Notes: generated from the sequence alone by a model not told the origin. DNA of 64,000 nt from an uncultured Acidobacteriota bacterium (GCA_963760285.1 CAVXCI010000001.1:2067289-2131288), one strand, 5' to 3'; positions 20,589-33,011 are shown, counted from the stretch's first letter. Made by a program: numbers and translations.

Positions 20589-21017
20589 ATGCCGGATTCA
20601 GTCGCCGTGATGAGCCGGGTGATCGAAGAAATTTCCGCCGAGGCAGCGCGCCGGCCGGAAATCGAATGCTGCGGACTGCTGGGCGGAGCCGGTGAGGCGA
20701 TCACCCGCGCCTATCCCGCGGCCAACGCCGGTGCCAGTCCCACCGCCTACGAAATCGCGCCGGAAGAACTTTTTCGCATCATGCGCCGGATGCGCGCGGA
20801 CGGCGTGCAGTTCGCGGGCATCTACCATTCCCATCCGCGTGGCGAAAATTACCCTTCGCCATCGGATATTGCGCGCGCTTACTATCCCGACGCCGCCTAT
20901 TTCATCATTTCCCCTGCAAAAAACGCACCGCAACCGGTGCGCGCGTTCCGCATCCGCGATGGCGTCGTCACCGAGCTTCGCATCGAAACGCCAGCAGATC
21001 CCGAGAGCGCCGCATGA
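20589..21017 (+). CDS. JAMM/MPN (Mov34) family metalloprotease, 142 aa
   Basis: JAMM motif E...HSHPRGENYPSPSD (HxH-x7-S-x2-D) with an upstream conserved glutamate (EIECCGLLGG). Lies directly downstream of ftsZ. Confidence 0.75.
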   Translation: MPDSVAVMSRVIEEISAEAARRPEIECCGLLGGAGEAITRAYPAANAGASPTAYEIAPEELFRIMRRMRADGVQFAGIYHSHPRGENYPSPSDIARAYYPDAAYFIISPAKNAPQPVRAFRIRDGVVTELRIETPADPESAA

Positions 21018-21077
21018 AGTGCCGTCTCGCTGGTTCGGTGATAAAATTTCCATGAAGAATTCAACGAGGAGACCATC

Positions 21078-21326
21078 GTGTCAGAACCAACGCGCGAAGA
21101 GCTGATGGCTCGGATCGCCGAGCTGGAACAAAATGCCGGTGCAAAAAAACACGGCAAACTTGAATTCAGGGTAAGCGAAAAAGGCGGCGTCAGCGTGTAC
21201 GGCCTGGGCCGCTTTCCCGTCACGCTCTATTACGAGCAGTGGGTTCGCTTGCTGGATTCCGCCGACCCTCTGCGTGTTTTCATCGAGGAGAACAAGAGTA
21301 AACTTAAAATGAAGGTCAGTTCTTAG
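21078..21326 (+). CDS. Hypothetical protein, 82 aa
   Basis: GTG start 6 nt after a GAGGAG SD. I found no similarity to a known family. Confidence 0.4.
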   Translation: MSEPTREELMARIAELEQNAGAKKHGKLEFRVSEKGGVSVYGLGRFPVTLYYEQWVRLLDSADPLRVFIEENKSKLKMKVSS

Positions 21327-21490
21327 ATTTCTTATCACCGTCCAAACGAAATCGTAATCCGACCACTAGGCCTCGTGCCAAGCGTGGCGCTAAGGATGTA
21401 TGATTTTCGCAAGAGGCAGCGGTAGCATCCAAAGTTACTTCCGGCCACTGCCGCGGGGACTTGTATCATTACCATTATGAGGCGGCCACG

Positions 21491-21973
21491 ATGCTTTTCA
21501 AGAGAAGAGTGACGGTTGCGGAGTACTGCCCCGAAAAACTAATGCGCCTTTTCTCTCGGGAACGTGAGGCGACTTGGGACAATTTGAGGATTCGGTGCAA
21601 CGATGCTCATCTGAATCAAGCGGACACACAAGCCTATTACGATAACTTGAGGGCGGTCATGGTCGAGTTGATGCAGATTGCGGTCACGAGAAACTGCGAC
21701 TGGAAAACATCCTCCCAGTTACGGGTATTTGTAGATGATTATCTGGAAAAACGCGACTTGAAAGACATTGACTCTCTGCGGCAAGAATACAATCGAGCTT
21801 TTGGCGCGCCATCACCGGACGGCGTGGCGCTCATGGTTCAGCTCTTCGCAGAGAAACTGACCCAGTCTGCGATGGGTGAGATAACGAGGCAAGTATTCTT
21901 GGCCGAGTTCTACGCTATACTTAGAACTTTGTTTGAAGAGTTTAAGTCTATGAAGTTGAAACCTGGAAACTAG
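21491..21973 (+). CDS. Hypothetical protein, ~160 aa, in the lower-GC islet
   Basis: Clean ORF in a region that drops to about 50% GC. No recognisable motifs. The start (TTG 21461 or ATG 21491) is uncertain. Confidence 0.4.
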   Translation: MLFKRRVTVAEYCPEKLMRLFSREREATWDNLRIRCNDAHLNQADTQAYYDNLRAVMVELMQIAVTRNCDWKTSSQLRVFVDDYLEKRDLKDIDSLRQEYNRAFGAPSPDGVALMVQLFAEKLTQSAMGEITRQVFLAEFYAILRTLFEEFKSMKLKPGN

Positions 21974-21978
21974 GAAGC

Positions 21979-22251
21979 ATGAAGAGGGGTGTTCGTATGG
22001 CAAATCCGGCGCTCGGAGAAGGTACCGCCGCCACCGCCAAGACAGACGTGCGCCATGTGTCCCTAAGGGTCGAATACACGCAAACCGGTTGGGTCGCACG
22101 GGTTGTTGAGACCGACGGTGGCACTGAGGTTGCGCATGAAATGGTGGATAGTCTGGAGGGCGGCCAGCATCGCGCTGAAGAAATCGCCAAAAGCTATCTC
22201 GCCGATAAGGACGTCACGTTGCCTGCAATTAAATGGAAGAAAATAGAGTAG
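21979..22251 (+). CDS. Hypothetical small protein, 90 aa, weakly YegP/DUF1508-like
   Basis: AGGAAG SD precedes the ATG. The segment GWVARVVETDGGTEVAHEMVDSLEGGQHRAEEIAKSYLA resembles one DUF1508 repeat, but this is a low-confidence guess. Confidence 0.35.
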   Translation: MKRGVRMANPALGEGTAATAKTDVRHVSLRVEYTQTGWVARVVETDGGTEVAHEMVDSLEGGQHRAEEIAKSYLADKDVTLPAIKWKKIE

Positions 22252-22264
22252 CCCGCGCCCCTCT

Positions 22265-22903
22265 TCACGACGCAGAGGAATCGGGGTCACCCTCGATCAA
22301 GTCGACCTCAGATAGGACCTCTGCCACTTGGCAAATGTAGTCAGCGTTAGAAACCCAATGCACCCCTCCGTCTGAGCGCACGAGATGTGAAAATGCAAGC
22401 GCATACTGTCCGGTTGGCGTCAGGATGAAGAATGCAAGCGCGGCGTCAGGCGGGTCTGTAAATTCCTTTAACAGATTCAGCTTTGTTTCCGGAATGAGTC
22501 TCCATGCACCGGGCGAACCATCGGGATTGAGGTGTCCCTTGCTAAAGATTTTAATTGTCAGGGCGATGTCGCCATGCGGGACAACGAGTCCCGCGAGGAC
22601 CGCTCCACGGTATTTTCGCACCGCGATGACGGACGACTGTTTTGGCATCTCGTGCAGTACCTTGGCGATATCCACCATCATAAGACTATCTTGCGATTCA
22701 ACGGAGGCGGCGAGTTCCTCGCGGAGTTGCGCCCGCCCGCTATCACCGGTTCGCTCAGCAAGGCATTTCTTAAGCATGTCCATCGCGGTATCCACCGTCA
22801 TGAGACTATCTTGCGATTCAACGGAGGCGGCGAGTTCCTCGCGGAGTTGCGCCCGCTCTCTATCACCGGTTCGCTCAGCAAGCCATTTCTTAAGCATGTC
22901 CAT
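22265..22903 (-). CDS. Hypothetical protein, 212 aa, with a duplicated N-terminal 40-aa module
   Basis: The N-terminus repeats MDMLKK(W/C)LAERTGD(R/S)(E/G)RAQLREELAASVESQDSLM(T/M)VD twice, encoded by a 120-bp DNA tandem repeat. The C-terminal 130 aa are unassigned. Confidence 0.45.
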   Translation of the reverse strand: MDMLKKWLAERTGDRERAQLREELAASVESQDSLMTVDTAMDMLKKCLAERTGDSGRAQLREELAASVESQDSLMMVDIAKVLHEMPKQSSVIAVRKYRGAVLAGLVVPHGDIALTIKIFSKGHLNPDGSPGAWRLIPETKLNLLKEFTDPPDAALAFFILTPTGQYALAFSHLVRSDGGVHWVSNADYICQVAEVLSEVDLIEGDPDSSAS

Positions 22904-22907
22904 CGCA
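22668..22907. repeat. Two tandem copies of a 120-bp direct repeat, about 95% identical, in-frame within the 22265-22903 CDS
   Basis: Unit 1 (22668-22787) and unit 2 (22788-22907) differ at roughly 6 positions. The shared core is ...ctatcttgcgattcaacggaggcggcgagttcctcgcggagttgcgcccgc... Confidence 0.8.
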
Positions 22908-22959
22908 CCCTCGTGTTCTGCACCTACATCTCGGACTCGCGCCTAGGCTCACTTGCGCC

Positions 22960-24258
22960 TCAACCTCGGAGCCCTGCTCCGGGGATAACTGCACCCGTGG
23001 CCTCCGCTTCCGCCAGCAGGCGCGGATAAAGCGGGAATCGCGCGGCGAGCGCGGCGACTTCCTTGCGCACGCGTTCCTGAATGGCCGCATCACTGGCGTG
23101 AGCCATTACTTCCGCCATCCACTTGGCAATCTGCGCCATTTCCGGCTCGCGCATTCCGCGAGTGGTCACCGCCGGGCTGCCCACGCGAATTCCCCCGGCC
23201 TTAAGCGGCGGGTTCGGATCGAAGGGAATGGCATTCTTGTTGACGGTCATGCCTGCATTTTCCAATGCGTTTTCCGCGTCGCGACCGGTCATCCCGCGCG
23301 CAGTCAGGTCCACCAGAAAAAGATGATTGTCCGTTCCGCCGGTAACAATCCGAAAACCTTCCGCCGCCAGCCCCGCCGCCAATGCCTGCGCATTTTTCAC
23401 TACCTGCTGCTGATATTCGCGGAAGTCCGGCTCCATGGCTTCCCTCAGGCAGACGGCTTTCGCGGCGATCACGTGCTCCAGCGGCCCGCCCTGCGTTCCC
23501 GGGAACACCACGCGATCCAAATCCTTGGCGTATTTTTCGCGGCAAAGAATCAAACCGCCGCGCGGTCCGCGCAGAGTTTTGTGTGTGGTAGTGGTTACAA
23601 AATCCGCGTGCGGGACGGGACTGGGATGAATGCCCGCGGCCACCAGTCCGGCGATGTGCGCCATATCCACAAACAGCAGCGCGCCGGCATTGCGCGCGAT
23701 TTCTCCCAGACGCGCAAAATCAATCACGCGCGCGTAGGCGCTGGCTCCGGCGACAATCATTTTCGGCTGATGTTCCTTGGCCAGGCGCTCGACTTCGTCG
23801 TAATCCAGCAGTTCCGTGTCCCTGGTCACGCCATAGGCCGTGAATTTGTATGTTTTCCCGGAAAAATTCAGCGGATGCCCGTGCGTCAAGTGCCCGCCGT
23901 GCGACAAATTCATTCCCATCACGATGTCGCCCGGCTGCAACGCGGCAATGTACACCGCGATATTCGCCTGCGTGCCGGAATGCGGCTGGACGTTGGCGTG
24001 CTCCCCTCCGAAAACTTCCTTGGCGCGCGCAATGGCGAGGCGTTCCACGGTGTCCACATTTTCGCAGCCGCCGTAGTACCGTTTTCCGGGATAGCCTTCC
24101 GCATATTTATTTGTGAACACCGAACCCATCGCGGCCATCACCGCTTCCGAGACCAGATTTTCGGATGCGATTAATTCCAGTCCGGTGGCTTGCCGTATCA
24201 CTTCCGCGCGCAGCGCTGCCGCCACGTCCGGGTCGGCCTCCGCCAGCGTGCGCCCCAT
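22960..24258 (-). CDS. glyA: Serine hydroxymethyltransferase
   Basis: [40 protein letters not shown] and the PLP site [15 protein letters not shown] chose the [12 protein letters not shown] start; the longer ORF to 24300 has an atypical N-terminal extension. Confidence 0.9.
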   Translation of the reverse strand: MGRTLAEADPDVAAALRAEVIRQATGLELIASENLVSEAVMAAMGSVFTNKYAEGYPGKRYYGGCENVDTVERLAIARAKEVFGGEHANVQPHSGTQANIAVYIAALQPGDIVMGMNLSHGGHLTHGHPLNFSGKTYKFTAYGVTRDTELLDYDEVERLAKEHQPKMIVAGASAYARVIDFARLGEIARNAGALLFVDMAHIAGLVAAGIHPSPVPHADFVTTTTHKTLRGPRGGLILCREKYAKDLDRVVFPGTQGGPLEHVIAAKAVCLREAMEPDFREYQQQVVKNAQALAAGLAAEGFRIVTGGTDNHLFLVDLTARGMTGRDAENALENAGMTVNKNAIPFDPNPPLKAGGIRVGSPAVTTRGMREPEMAQIAKWMAEVMAHASDAAIQERVRKEVAALAARFPLYPRLLAEAEATGAVIPGAGLRG

Positions 24259-24296
24259 TCTGCGCGATTCCCGAGTCTCCATCGTCCCGCTCCCTT

Positions 24297-24893
24297 TCAA
24301 CGAATCCTGTCTTCGTCCATCTGCATGATCTTGTCGACGCGCTGCTGGTGGCGACCGCCCAGAAACTGCGCGGAGAGAAATTCTCGGACCATCGCTTCGG
24401 CGTCCGCGTCATTCACCAGCCGCGCGCCCAGCGCAATCACGTTGGCGTTGTTGTGCTCGCGCGACAGCCGCGCCGTTTCCGCGCTGAATACCTCCGCCGC
24501 GCGCACGCCTTCCACTTTGTTGGCCGCAATGGCCATCCCGATTCCCGTCCCGCACACCAGCACACCAAGATCGCTTTGTCCCAGCGCCACGCGCTCGCCC
24601 ACGGCGCGCGCAAAATCCGGATAGTCCACGGACTCTTCCGACGACGTTCCCATATCCTCGCAGGGATATCCCTCTCCTTGCAGAAAGGTTTTCAGCGTTT
24701 CTTTCATGCGGAATCCGGCGTGATCCGCGCCCAGCGCGATGCGCGGCTTGGCTGCGGTTGCGCGGCTGGACGCGGGCCCTTCCAGTGCGGTACTGGAATT
24801 CTTCGGATTGGCGGCCGAACTGCCGGGCGCGCTTGTGGACTTGCCTTTTGCAACCGTCAGATTTTCCGGCGCGGTGGATGGATTTTCACTCAT
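24297..24893 (-). CDS. rpiB: Ribose-5-phosphate isomerase B with a ~50-aa low-complexity N-terminal extension
   Basis: [20 protein letters not shown]...[17 protein letters not shown] is the RpiB/LacAB core. The N-terminal S/A/P-rich stretch has no alternative internal start codon. Confidence 0.7.
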   Translation of the reverse strand: MSENPSTAPENLTVAKGKSTSAPGSSAANPKNSSTALEGPASSRATAAKPRIALGADHAGFRMKETLKTFLQGEGYPCEDMGTSSEESVDYPDFARAVGERVALGQSDLGVLVCGTGIGMAIAANKVEGVRAAEVFSAETARLSREHNNANVIALGARLVNDADAEAMVREFLSAQFLGGRHQQRVDKIMQMDEDRIR

Positions 24894-25085
24894 GTCAGAA
24901 ATCCCCGCGATTCTATCCGACGCCCATTCTCAATGCAATGAACCCGCCGCCGCAAACCTTCGCGGAGACAAAAAACTGCGTGGTTGATCTGAACGCAGGT
25001 GTATTGCGCGCGCCTCACCGCGAATTGACTTGGCGCAACGCCTGCCTTAACCTAGGAAATCCCGTCGGCAATTCTTGCGCGGTGA

Positions 25086-26536
<1,451 letters not shown>

Positions 26537-26660
26537 GCCGCCACTTTTCATCCACAGACAAACGTTCCATCCGGCCGCAAAATGCGTCTAAACTAGGTAG
26601 TTGGATTCCGCGCGCTCGCCGTCGGGCGTGCGGGATTTTTGCGCAGTCCTCGGAGGTTTT

Positions 26661-29223
26661 TTGCGGTTGGCGAAGATTGAGAGCTTTCTGAGAACGCGCT
26701 TCGGCCGCGGGCTGCTGATTGGCCTGGGCGTGGTGCTGCTTGCCAGCCTGGGCGTCCTGGAATACTACAACTTTCGCTTCTCCCGCCTGATTGACCAGCA
26801 TCTTTCCGGCGCAATTTTTGAAAACACCTCGCACGTCTATTCCGCGCCGCCGATTATTTATTCCGGCGAGGCGCTGACTACCGTGCAGCTGGAGGACCAT
26901 CTTCTCCACGCGGGATACTCCTCCGGCCCGCTGGAGGGCAGCCCCGGATGGTTCCGCGTGGCCGGTTCAACGGTTGAAATCCATCCGTCGGACGCTTCCT
27001 TTTTCCGTGGTGGCAATGCTTTGCGCGTGGATTTCGGCGGGAAATCCATCGCGCGCATCGCTCTGCTTTCCGGCGGCGACGCGGTCAGCTCCGCGGAAAT
27101 TGAGCCGGCGCTGTTGACGAATTTGTTTGGAGCCTCGCGTGAAAAGCGGCGCGTCCTGACATTTGACGAGCTGCCCAAGCCTCTGGTCAATGCCGTTCTT
27201 AGCGTGGAAGACCGGCGTTTCTTCGAGCACCCCGGTTTCGACTTCGTTCGCGTGCTGGGCGCCGCCTGGGCGGACCTCCATCATGCGGCGCGCTCGCAGG
27301 GCGCCAGCACCCTGGACATGCAGGTGGCGCGCAGTTTTTTCTTTTCCAATGAGCGCACCTGGAGCCGCAAGATTGCCGAGACGCTGATGGCCCTGGAACT
27401 GGAACATCGTTTCACCAAGCAGCAGATTTTCGAACTCTACGCCAACGAAATCTATCTGGGCAACCGCGGCAGCTTTTCGATTCGCGGTTTCGGCGAAGCC
27501 GCGCAGGCCTATTTCGGCAGGGACGTGCGCGAATTGAACCTCGCGGAGATCGCTTTTCTCGCCGGCATCATTCATTCGCCCAACCGCTATTCCACCGCGG
27601 AACGCCATCCGCAGCGCGCCGCCGAAGGACGCGACCGCGGCCTTAACGCCATGGTGGACAATGGGGTGATCACTGCGCCGCAGGCCGCGGCTGCGCGGGC
27701 CATGCCATTGCGTTTCACCACCGCCGCGAATACCGGCGCCGCGCCCTATTTTGTGGACATGGTGCGCGACAAGCTGCTGGAGGATTTTTCCGAGACCGAT
27801 CTGACCACCCAGAGCTACCGTATTTACACCACGCTGGATCCTGATTTGCAGCAGGCCGCCAACGAAGCCGTAAATGAGGGAATGAAGAGCGTGGACCAGT
27901 TGCTGGCGCGCAAATATGAGCGCTGGCGCAAGAGCGGAGAGGCCGCCCCGCAAGTGCAGGTGGCGCTGGTGGCCCTGGACCCGCGCACCGGAGAGATTCG
28001 CGCGCTGGTCGGCGGACGCAACTACGGCGAAAGCCAGTTGAACCACGTGCTCGCGCGGCGGCAGCCCGGCTCGTCCTTTAAGCCCTTCGTTTATGCGGCG
28101 GCATTCAATACCGCTCTCGACGGCCAGCAGCCGGTGGTCACGCCGGCCACCACCGTGGTGGACGAACCGACCACGTTCACATTCGACGGCCGCGACTATA
28201 CGCCAAACAATTATGGCGAGCAGTTTTACGGCTCCGTCACCGTCCGCGACGCCCTGATCATTCCCTGAATGTGGCCACAGTGAAAGTGGCGGAAATGATT
28301 GGTTACAACCGCGTGGCCCAGATGGCGCGGCAAATGGACCTGGGCCCGCACATCGAGGGCACGCCGGCCGTGGCCCTGGGCGCGTATGAAATGACGCCGC
28401 TGGAAGTCGCCGCCGGTTACACCGCCTTCGCCACCGACGGCACGCGCGCCGAGCCGCTTTTTCTTCGCGAGGTGGTCAGCACGCAGGGGCAGGAGTTGGA
28501 AAAGACCGACATTTCCCGGCGCGAAGTTTGGATCCGCGCGTGGCCTATCTGGTCACCAGTTTGATGGAAGACGTACTCAACCGCGGCACCGGCGGCGTGG
28601 TCCGCAAACTTGGATTCACCGCTCCCGCCGCGGGAAAAACCGGCACGTCGCGCGATGGCTGGTTCGCCGGCTTCACTTCCAATCTGGTCACCGTTGTTTG
28701 GGTTGGTTTTGACGACAACCGTGATCTGGGACTTTCCGGCGGCGCCGCGGCCGCGCCTCTGTGGGCGGAATTTATGAAGCGCGCCGTCGCGCTTCCGCGT
28801 TACCGCGACCCGCAGCCTTTTACCGCGCCGGCTGGCGTGGTGGAAGTCAGCTTGGACCCGCAATCCGGCTACCTGGCCGCGCCCGGTTGCCCGGACCCGC
28901 GCGAAGAGGTTTTCATCGCCGGCACGCAGCCCACGGAGTACTGCCCGCTGCATGGCCCGCCTCCCGCGGGCGGAGTAATGGCTGCTGCGGTTCCCGTCGA
29001 GGGCCTGCCTCAAGTGGCCGCTCCGGTGACGCCGGGAGCGCAGCCCGGGTCGGAGCACCGCAAGGCCGACGGCGCGCCCGGCGCGGATCCGCAACAGCCC
29101 GCCAATATCGGCCCGGTGGCAAAAAAGAAAAAGAACCTCCTGGACAAGATTTTTGGTATCTTTGGGGGTAGTAAGAAATCTGCGGATCCACCCTCGACCC
29201 CTAATCCGGGTCCGAATCCGTAG
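26661..29223 (+). pseudogene. Class A penicillin-binding protein (GT51 transglycosylase plus transpeptidase) interrupted by two -1 homopolymer frameshifts
   Basis: GT51 motifs (VLSVEDRRFFEHPG, RKIAE), transpeptidase SxxK (RQPGSSFKPFVY), SxN and KTGT. Reading breaks at about 28265 (ccc where cccc is expected: ALIIP|LNVATVK) and about 28525 (ttt where tttt is expected: RREVL|DPRVAYLV). GGAGG SD before TTG 26661. Confidence 0.75.
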
Positions 29224-29244
29224 GCGCGGAAAAGGAGAGGAGCG

Positions 29245-30051
29245 ATGAGTCGAAAGCCGCTCGTTTCGTTCCTGCTGATTCTGATTGTGGCGCTCGCCGC
29301 ACAGGCGCAGCAGCCCGCCGCGGAGAAGGCCTCCGCCAGCAATCCCGCCGCGCAGCCCGCGGCCTCGCCCGTCAGTTCACTGAATCCACGCCAAATGGCC
29401 GAATTGCGCGCGGACATTCTTGTCGCCCGCAAAATGTATGAAGAGGGCATCGCCGCCTACAAGAATTTGCTCCAGGATCATTCACGGGACGCCGGCGTTC
29501 TCAACAAGATCGGCATCGCCTATCAGGAAATGGGCGATCAGCGCGAGGCGGGACATTACTACAAGCAGGCCACCAAGGCGGACCACAAATTTGCCAGTCC
29601 CTATAACAATCTTGGCACCATCGAATATGAGCAGAAGAAGTATGCCCGCGCGGTGAAGCTCTACCACAAGGCGCTGAAGGCCAATGGCGACGCCGCCACC
29701 GTCTACAGCAATCTGGGCTACGCCTATTTCGCGCAGAAGCAATACAGTGACGCCATGGCATCGTTCCATCAGGCGCTGGCCATTGATCCTCGGGTCTTCG
29801 AGCGCCACAACGATATGGGCAGCATCGTCCAGCAGCGCACCATGACCGATCCCGGCATGTTCTATTTCTTCATTGCCAAGTCCTACGCGGAAAACGGCGA
29901 CGCCGAGCGTTGCGCGCACTACCTGAAGCTGGCGCGCGATGATGGCTATACCCAGTTTGTTCAGGCGCAGTCGGATCCAGGGTTTGTCCGCGTGATTCAC
30001 GATCAGCGCGTGCAGGAACTATTCCACGCCAACGATCCCGTGGCCAACTAG
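29245..30051 (+). CDS. Secreted TPR-repeat protein
   Basis: Signal peptide MSRKPLVSFLLILIVALAAQA, then 4-5 TPR units (AYKNLL, GIAYQEMGDQREAGHYYKQA, NLGTIEYEQKKYARAVKLYHKAL). Intact, despite sitting between frameshifted genes. Confidence 0.7.
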   Translation: MSRKPLVSFLLILIVALAAQAQQPAAEKASASNPAAQPAASPVSSLNPRQMAELRADILVARKMYEEGIAAYKNLLQDHSRDAGVLNKIGIAYQEMGDQREAGHYYKQATKADHKFASPYNNLGTIEYEQKKYARAVKLYHKALKANGDAATVYSNLGYAYFAQKQYSDAMASFHQALAIDPRVFERHNDMGSIVQQRTMTDPGMFYFFIAKSYAENGDAERCAHYLKLARDDGYTQFVQAQSDPGFVRVIHDQRVQELFHANDPVAN

Positions 30052-30154
30052 CATTTGTCACGGCATTCGGTTGTTTCCTTGGAGTACCGGAAAATCTTCG
30101 CGTAGTTGTGGAATTGCCGCCAGGCAGTTACGCCTGCTGCTATAATGTCCGCGA

Positions 30155-31554
30155 ATGGCCCCGCGAATCCTTCGCTGGTTGTTGCTGGGTTTCCTGCTGG
30201 GTGTACCGGCATTCGCCCAGTCGCCGCCTGTTCCGTCTTCATCGCGCGTTTTGGAAATTGATATCCGTGGAGAGATTGAGCCGGTCCTCGCCGAATACGT
30301 GGTCCAGTCCGTCGATTCCGCCAGTCCCGCCGATTACAGCCTCATCCTGATCACCCTGGACACGCCCGGTGGGCTGGACAGCGCCATGCGCAAAATCATC
30401 AGAGCATCATCCATTCCCGGGTTCCCGTGGCGACATACGTCTATCCCTCGGGTTCGCGCGCGGCTTCGGCGGGATTTTTCATATTGATGTCGGGTGACGT
30501 GGCCGCCATGGCTCCCGGAACGGATACCGGCGCGGCATCGCCGCTGCTGGTTGTGGGCGGACGCGCCATTCAGATTGACGAAACCCTGCGCAACAAAATC
30601 GTCAACGAAGCTTCGGCCTATCTGCGCAGCATCACCACCAAGCGCGGCCGCAATCCCGCATTGGCCGAAGAGGCGGTGACCAAAGCCACAGCGTTCAGCG
30701 ACAGCGAAGCGCTTTCCGGCAAGCTGATTGACCTCAGCGCTACTTCGCCGCAGGACCTGTTCGCCAAACTGAATGGCCGCGTCATCCATCGCTTCGACGG
30801 TTCCACGGTGACTCTCGCGCTGGCGAACCCCACAATCGAGGTCCGCGAAATGACCGCGCGGCAAAAATTTCTCTCGCGCATCGTCCAGCCGGACGTATTC
30901 TTTGTTCTGCTGATTGTCGGCGTGCTGGGACTTTACGCCGAGTTCACTCATCCCGGCATGTTTGCGCCGGGCGTCATCGGCGTCATTTGTCTGGTGCTGG
31001 CCTTTTTGCCATGCACCTGCTGCCCGTGAACTTGACCGGGCTGCTGTTGCTGATTCTGGCGCTGATGTTATTCGGGCTGGAGGCGAAATTTCCCAGCCAC
31101 GGAGTGTTGGGAGTGGGAGGCGCGGTGGCCATGGTGCTCGGTGCGTTGATGCTGGTTCGCTCGCCGTTGACGGGCATGGGCGTGAGTCCCGGCACGGCCA
31201 TCGGAATCACGATTCCTGTTGCCGTGCTGGTGGTGATTTTAATGCGTCTGGTTTTGCGTTCGCGCGGCTGGAAGCAGATCCACCGGGCGGGAGCAGCTCG
31301 TCGGCGAAATCGGCGAAGTGGCCGAATCGATTGAGGCCCCGGAATGGTGCTGGTGCACGGCGAATTGTGGCGGCCGTTTCACGCAGAGCCTGCCGCGTGG
31401 CGCGCGCGTGCGCGTCCGTAAAGTGAATGGGTTGACGGTCTCCGTGGAACCAACGGGAGCGGGCCCGGCGCCCGCTCCTGTGAGTCTGATATTTTCGTCT
31501 CTAAGAGGAATTGCGAAGAGGAGAGAACGATGGATTTCTTCAATGCCGTGGTGA
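30155..31554 (+). pseudogene. NfeD-family membrane-bound ClpP-class serine protease, fragmented by about 5 frameshifts
   Basis: Segments in three frames: signal peptide plus ClpP-like fold (IDIRGEIEPVLAEYVVQSV...LDTPGGLDSAMRKII | PVATYVYPSGSRAASAGFFILMSGD...), a TM region (FAMHLLPVNLTGLLLLILALMLFGLEAKF...) and a C-terminal OB-fold (LVGEIGEVAESIEAPEG|MVLVHGELWR|...LPRGARVRVRKVNGLTVSVEP). Breaks near 30415, 31005, 31265, 31345 and 31385. Confidence 0.7.
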
Positions 31555-32289
31555 TCGGGGCGGTGCTGCTGTTCCTGATTTGGTTCGTCAATTCCGTCTA
31601 CGTGATCAAGGAGTGGGAGCGCGGCGTGGTCCTGCGCCTGGGCAGAATGCTGCCGCAGCCCAAACCGCCGGCTTTGCCTGGTGTTCTGGCCCATTGACAA
31701 GCTGACAAAACTTTCGCTGCGCGTTGAGGCGCTGGACGTGCCTCACAGGACGTGATCACCAAGGACAATGTCTCCGCGAAGGTGAACGCGGTGTGTTATT
31801 TCCGCGTGGTGGAGGCCAACCTTGCTCTTTCGCAGGTGCAGAATTATCTTTACGCCACCTCCCAACTGGCGCAGACGAATTTGCGCAGCGTGCTGGGTCA
31901 ATTTGAACTGGACGAGATTTTATCGGATCGCGAAAAGGTAAACGCCAAGCTGCAATTAATCCTTGACCAGGATACCGAGCCCTGGGGTATCAAGGTAACG
32001 AAGGTGGAAGTCAAACAGGTTGATATTCCGGAAAATATGCAGCGCGCCATCGCCCGCCAGGCGGAGGCCGAACGCGAGCGCCGGGCCAAAATTATTCATG
32101 CGGATGGAGAAATTCAAGCCTCCGCGAAGCTGGCGGAGGCCGCCAATATCATGGAGGCCGCGCCGGTCTCAATCCAGTTGCGCTATTTGCAGACGTTGAC
32201 GGAAATCGGCGTGGAAAAAAATACCACGGTTATTTTTCCGTGCCCTTGATTTGCTCACTCACTGGCTGAAGAGAAAGGAAGGGAAATAA
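31530..32289 (+). pseudogene. SPFH/band-7 (stomatin-like) protein, the usual NfeD partner, with about 3 frameshifts
   Basis: MDFFNAVVIGAVLLFLIWFVNSVYVIKEWERGVVLRLGR...|[24 protein letters not shown]|[27 protein letters not shown]...[16 protein letters not shown]...TVIFP|[14 protein letters not shown]. Breaks near 31660, 31742 (cc to c) and 32235. Confidence 0.7.
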
Positions 32290-33011
32290 TGGCTGCGGGC
32301 AATGGAAGACGGGGCGGGGAACGGGTGCTCGGCAGCGGGCATCTGGTGGGACTGTTTCTCGCGGTCGTCGTGCTGTGCTGCGTTTTTTACACTTTGGGCT
32401 TCATGATGGGACGTTCGCAGGAAGATTCCGTCGTGCGGGCCGCCTCCGTGGAGGATACCGGCACGGTTACCGCGCCAACGCGCGTCACTCCGGCCAACCT
32501 TCCGGCATCCGCCGCGCCAACGGATAACTCTTCGGCTGCCCCCGCGAACGGGGAGTGGGATTTCTCCGCTAAGAATAGTGCGCAGCCGTCCGGATTGACG
32601 CCGTCCGCTGGCAACACGGCGGCCGTGGGCGCGTCCGCCAACGGCGCCATGCCTGCTGATCTACAGCCGGCGCAAGTTGCTCCGCCGAATTCTGCCGCCC
32701 TTCCCGCTGTCCCATCGGCGAAGAAGCCAGCCGCCGCCGCGCGCGCTTCAAATTCAGGCCTTGCGCATTTCCAGCCTCCGCGCATTCCCAACGGAGCCTT
32801 TATTCTGCAGATGGCCGCGCTGAATAGCGAGAGCGACGCACTGGCCATGGCTTCCGCTCTGCAGAACAAGGAGTTTCCCGCATTTGTGGTCACTCCCACC
32901 ACGGATAAATTTTTCCGCGTGCAGGTGGGCCCTTACGCCGACGCGGAATCCACCAAGGTGGCGCGCGCCGCTCTCGATCGCGCGGGATTCACGTCCATCG
33001 TCAAGCACTGA
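32289..33011 (+). CDS. SPOR-domain (sporulation-related repeat) cell-division protein
   Basis: N-terminal TM helix (LVGLFLAVVVLCCVFYTLGF), a long A/P-rich linker, and a C-terminal SPOR domain (FILQMAALNSESDALAMASALQNKEFPAFVV...FRVQVGPYADAESTKVARAALD). Confidence 0.75.
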   Translation: MAAGNGRRGGERVLGSGHLVGLFLAVVVLCCVFYTLGFMMGRSQEDSVVRAASVEDTGTVTAPTRVTPANLPASAAPTDNSSAAPANGEWDFSAKNSAQPSGLTPSAGNTAAVGASANGAMPADLQPAQVAPPNSAALPAVPSAKKPAAAARASNSGLAHFQPPRIPNGAFILQMAALNSESDALAMASALQNKEFPAFVVTPTTDKFFRVQVGPYADAESTKVARAALDRAGFTSIVKH

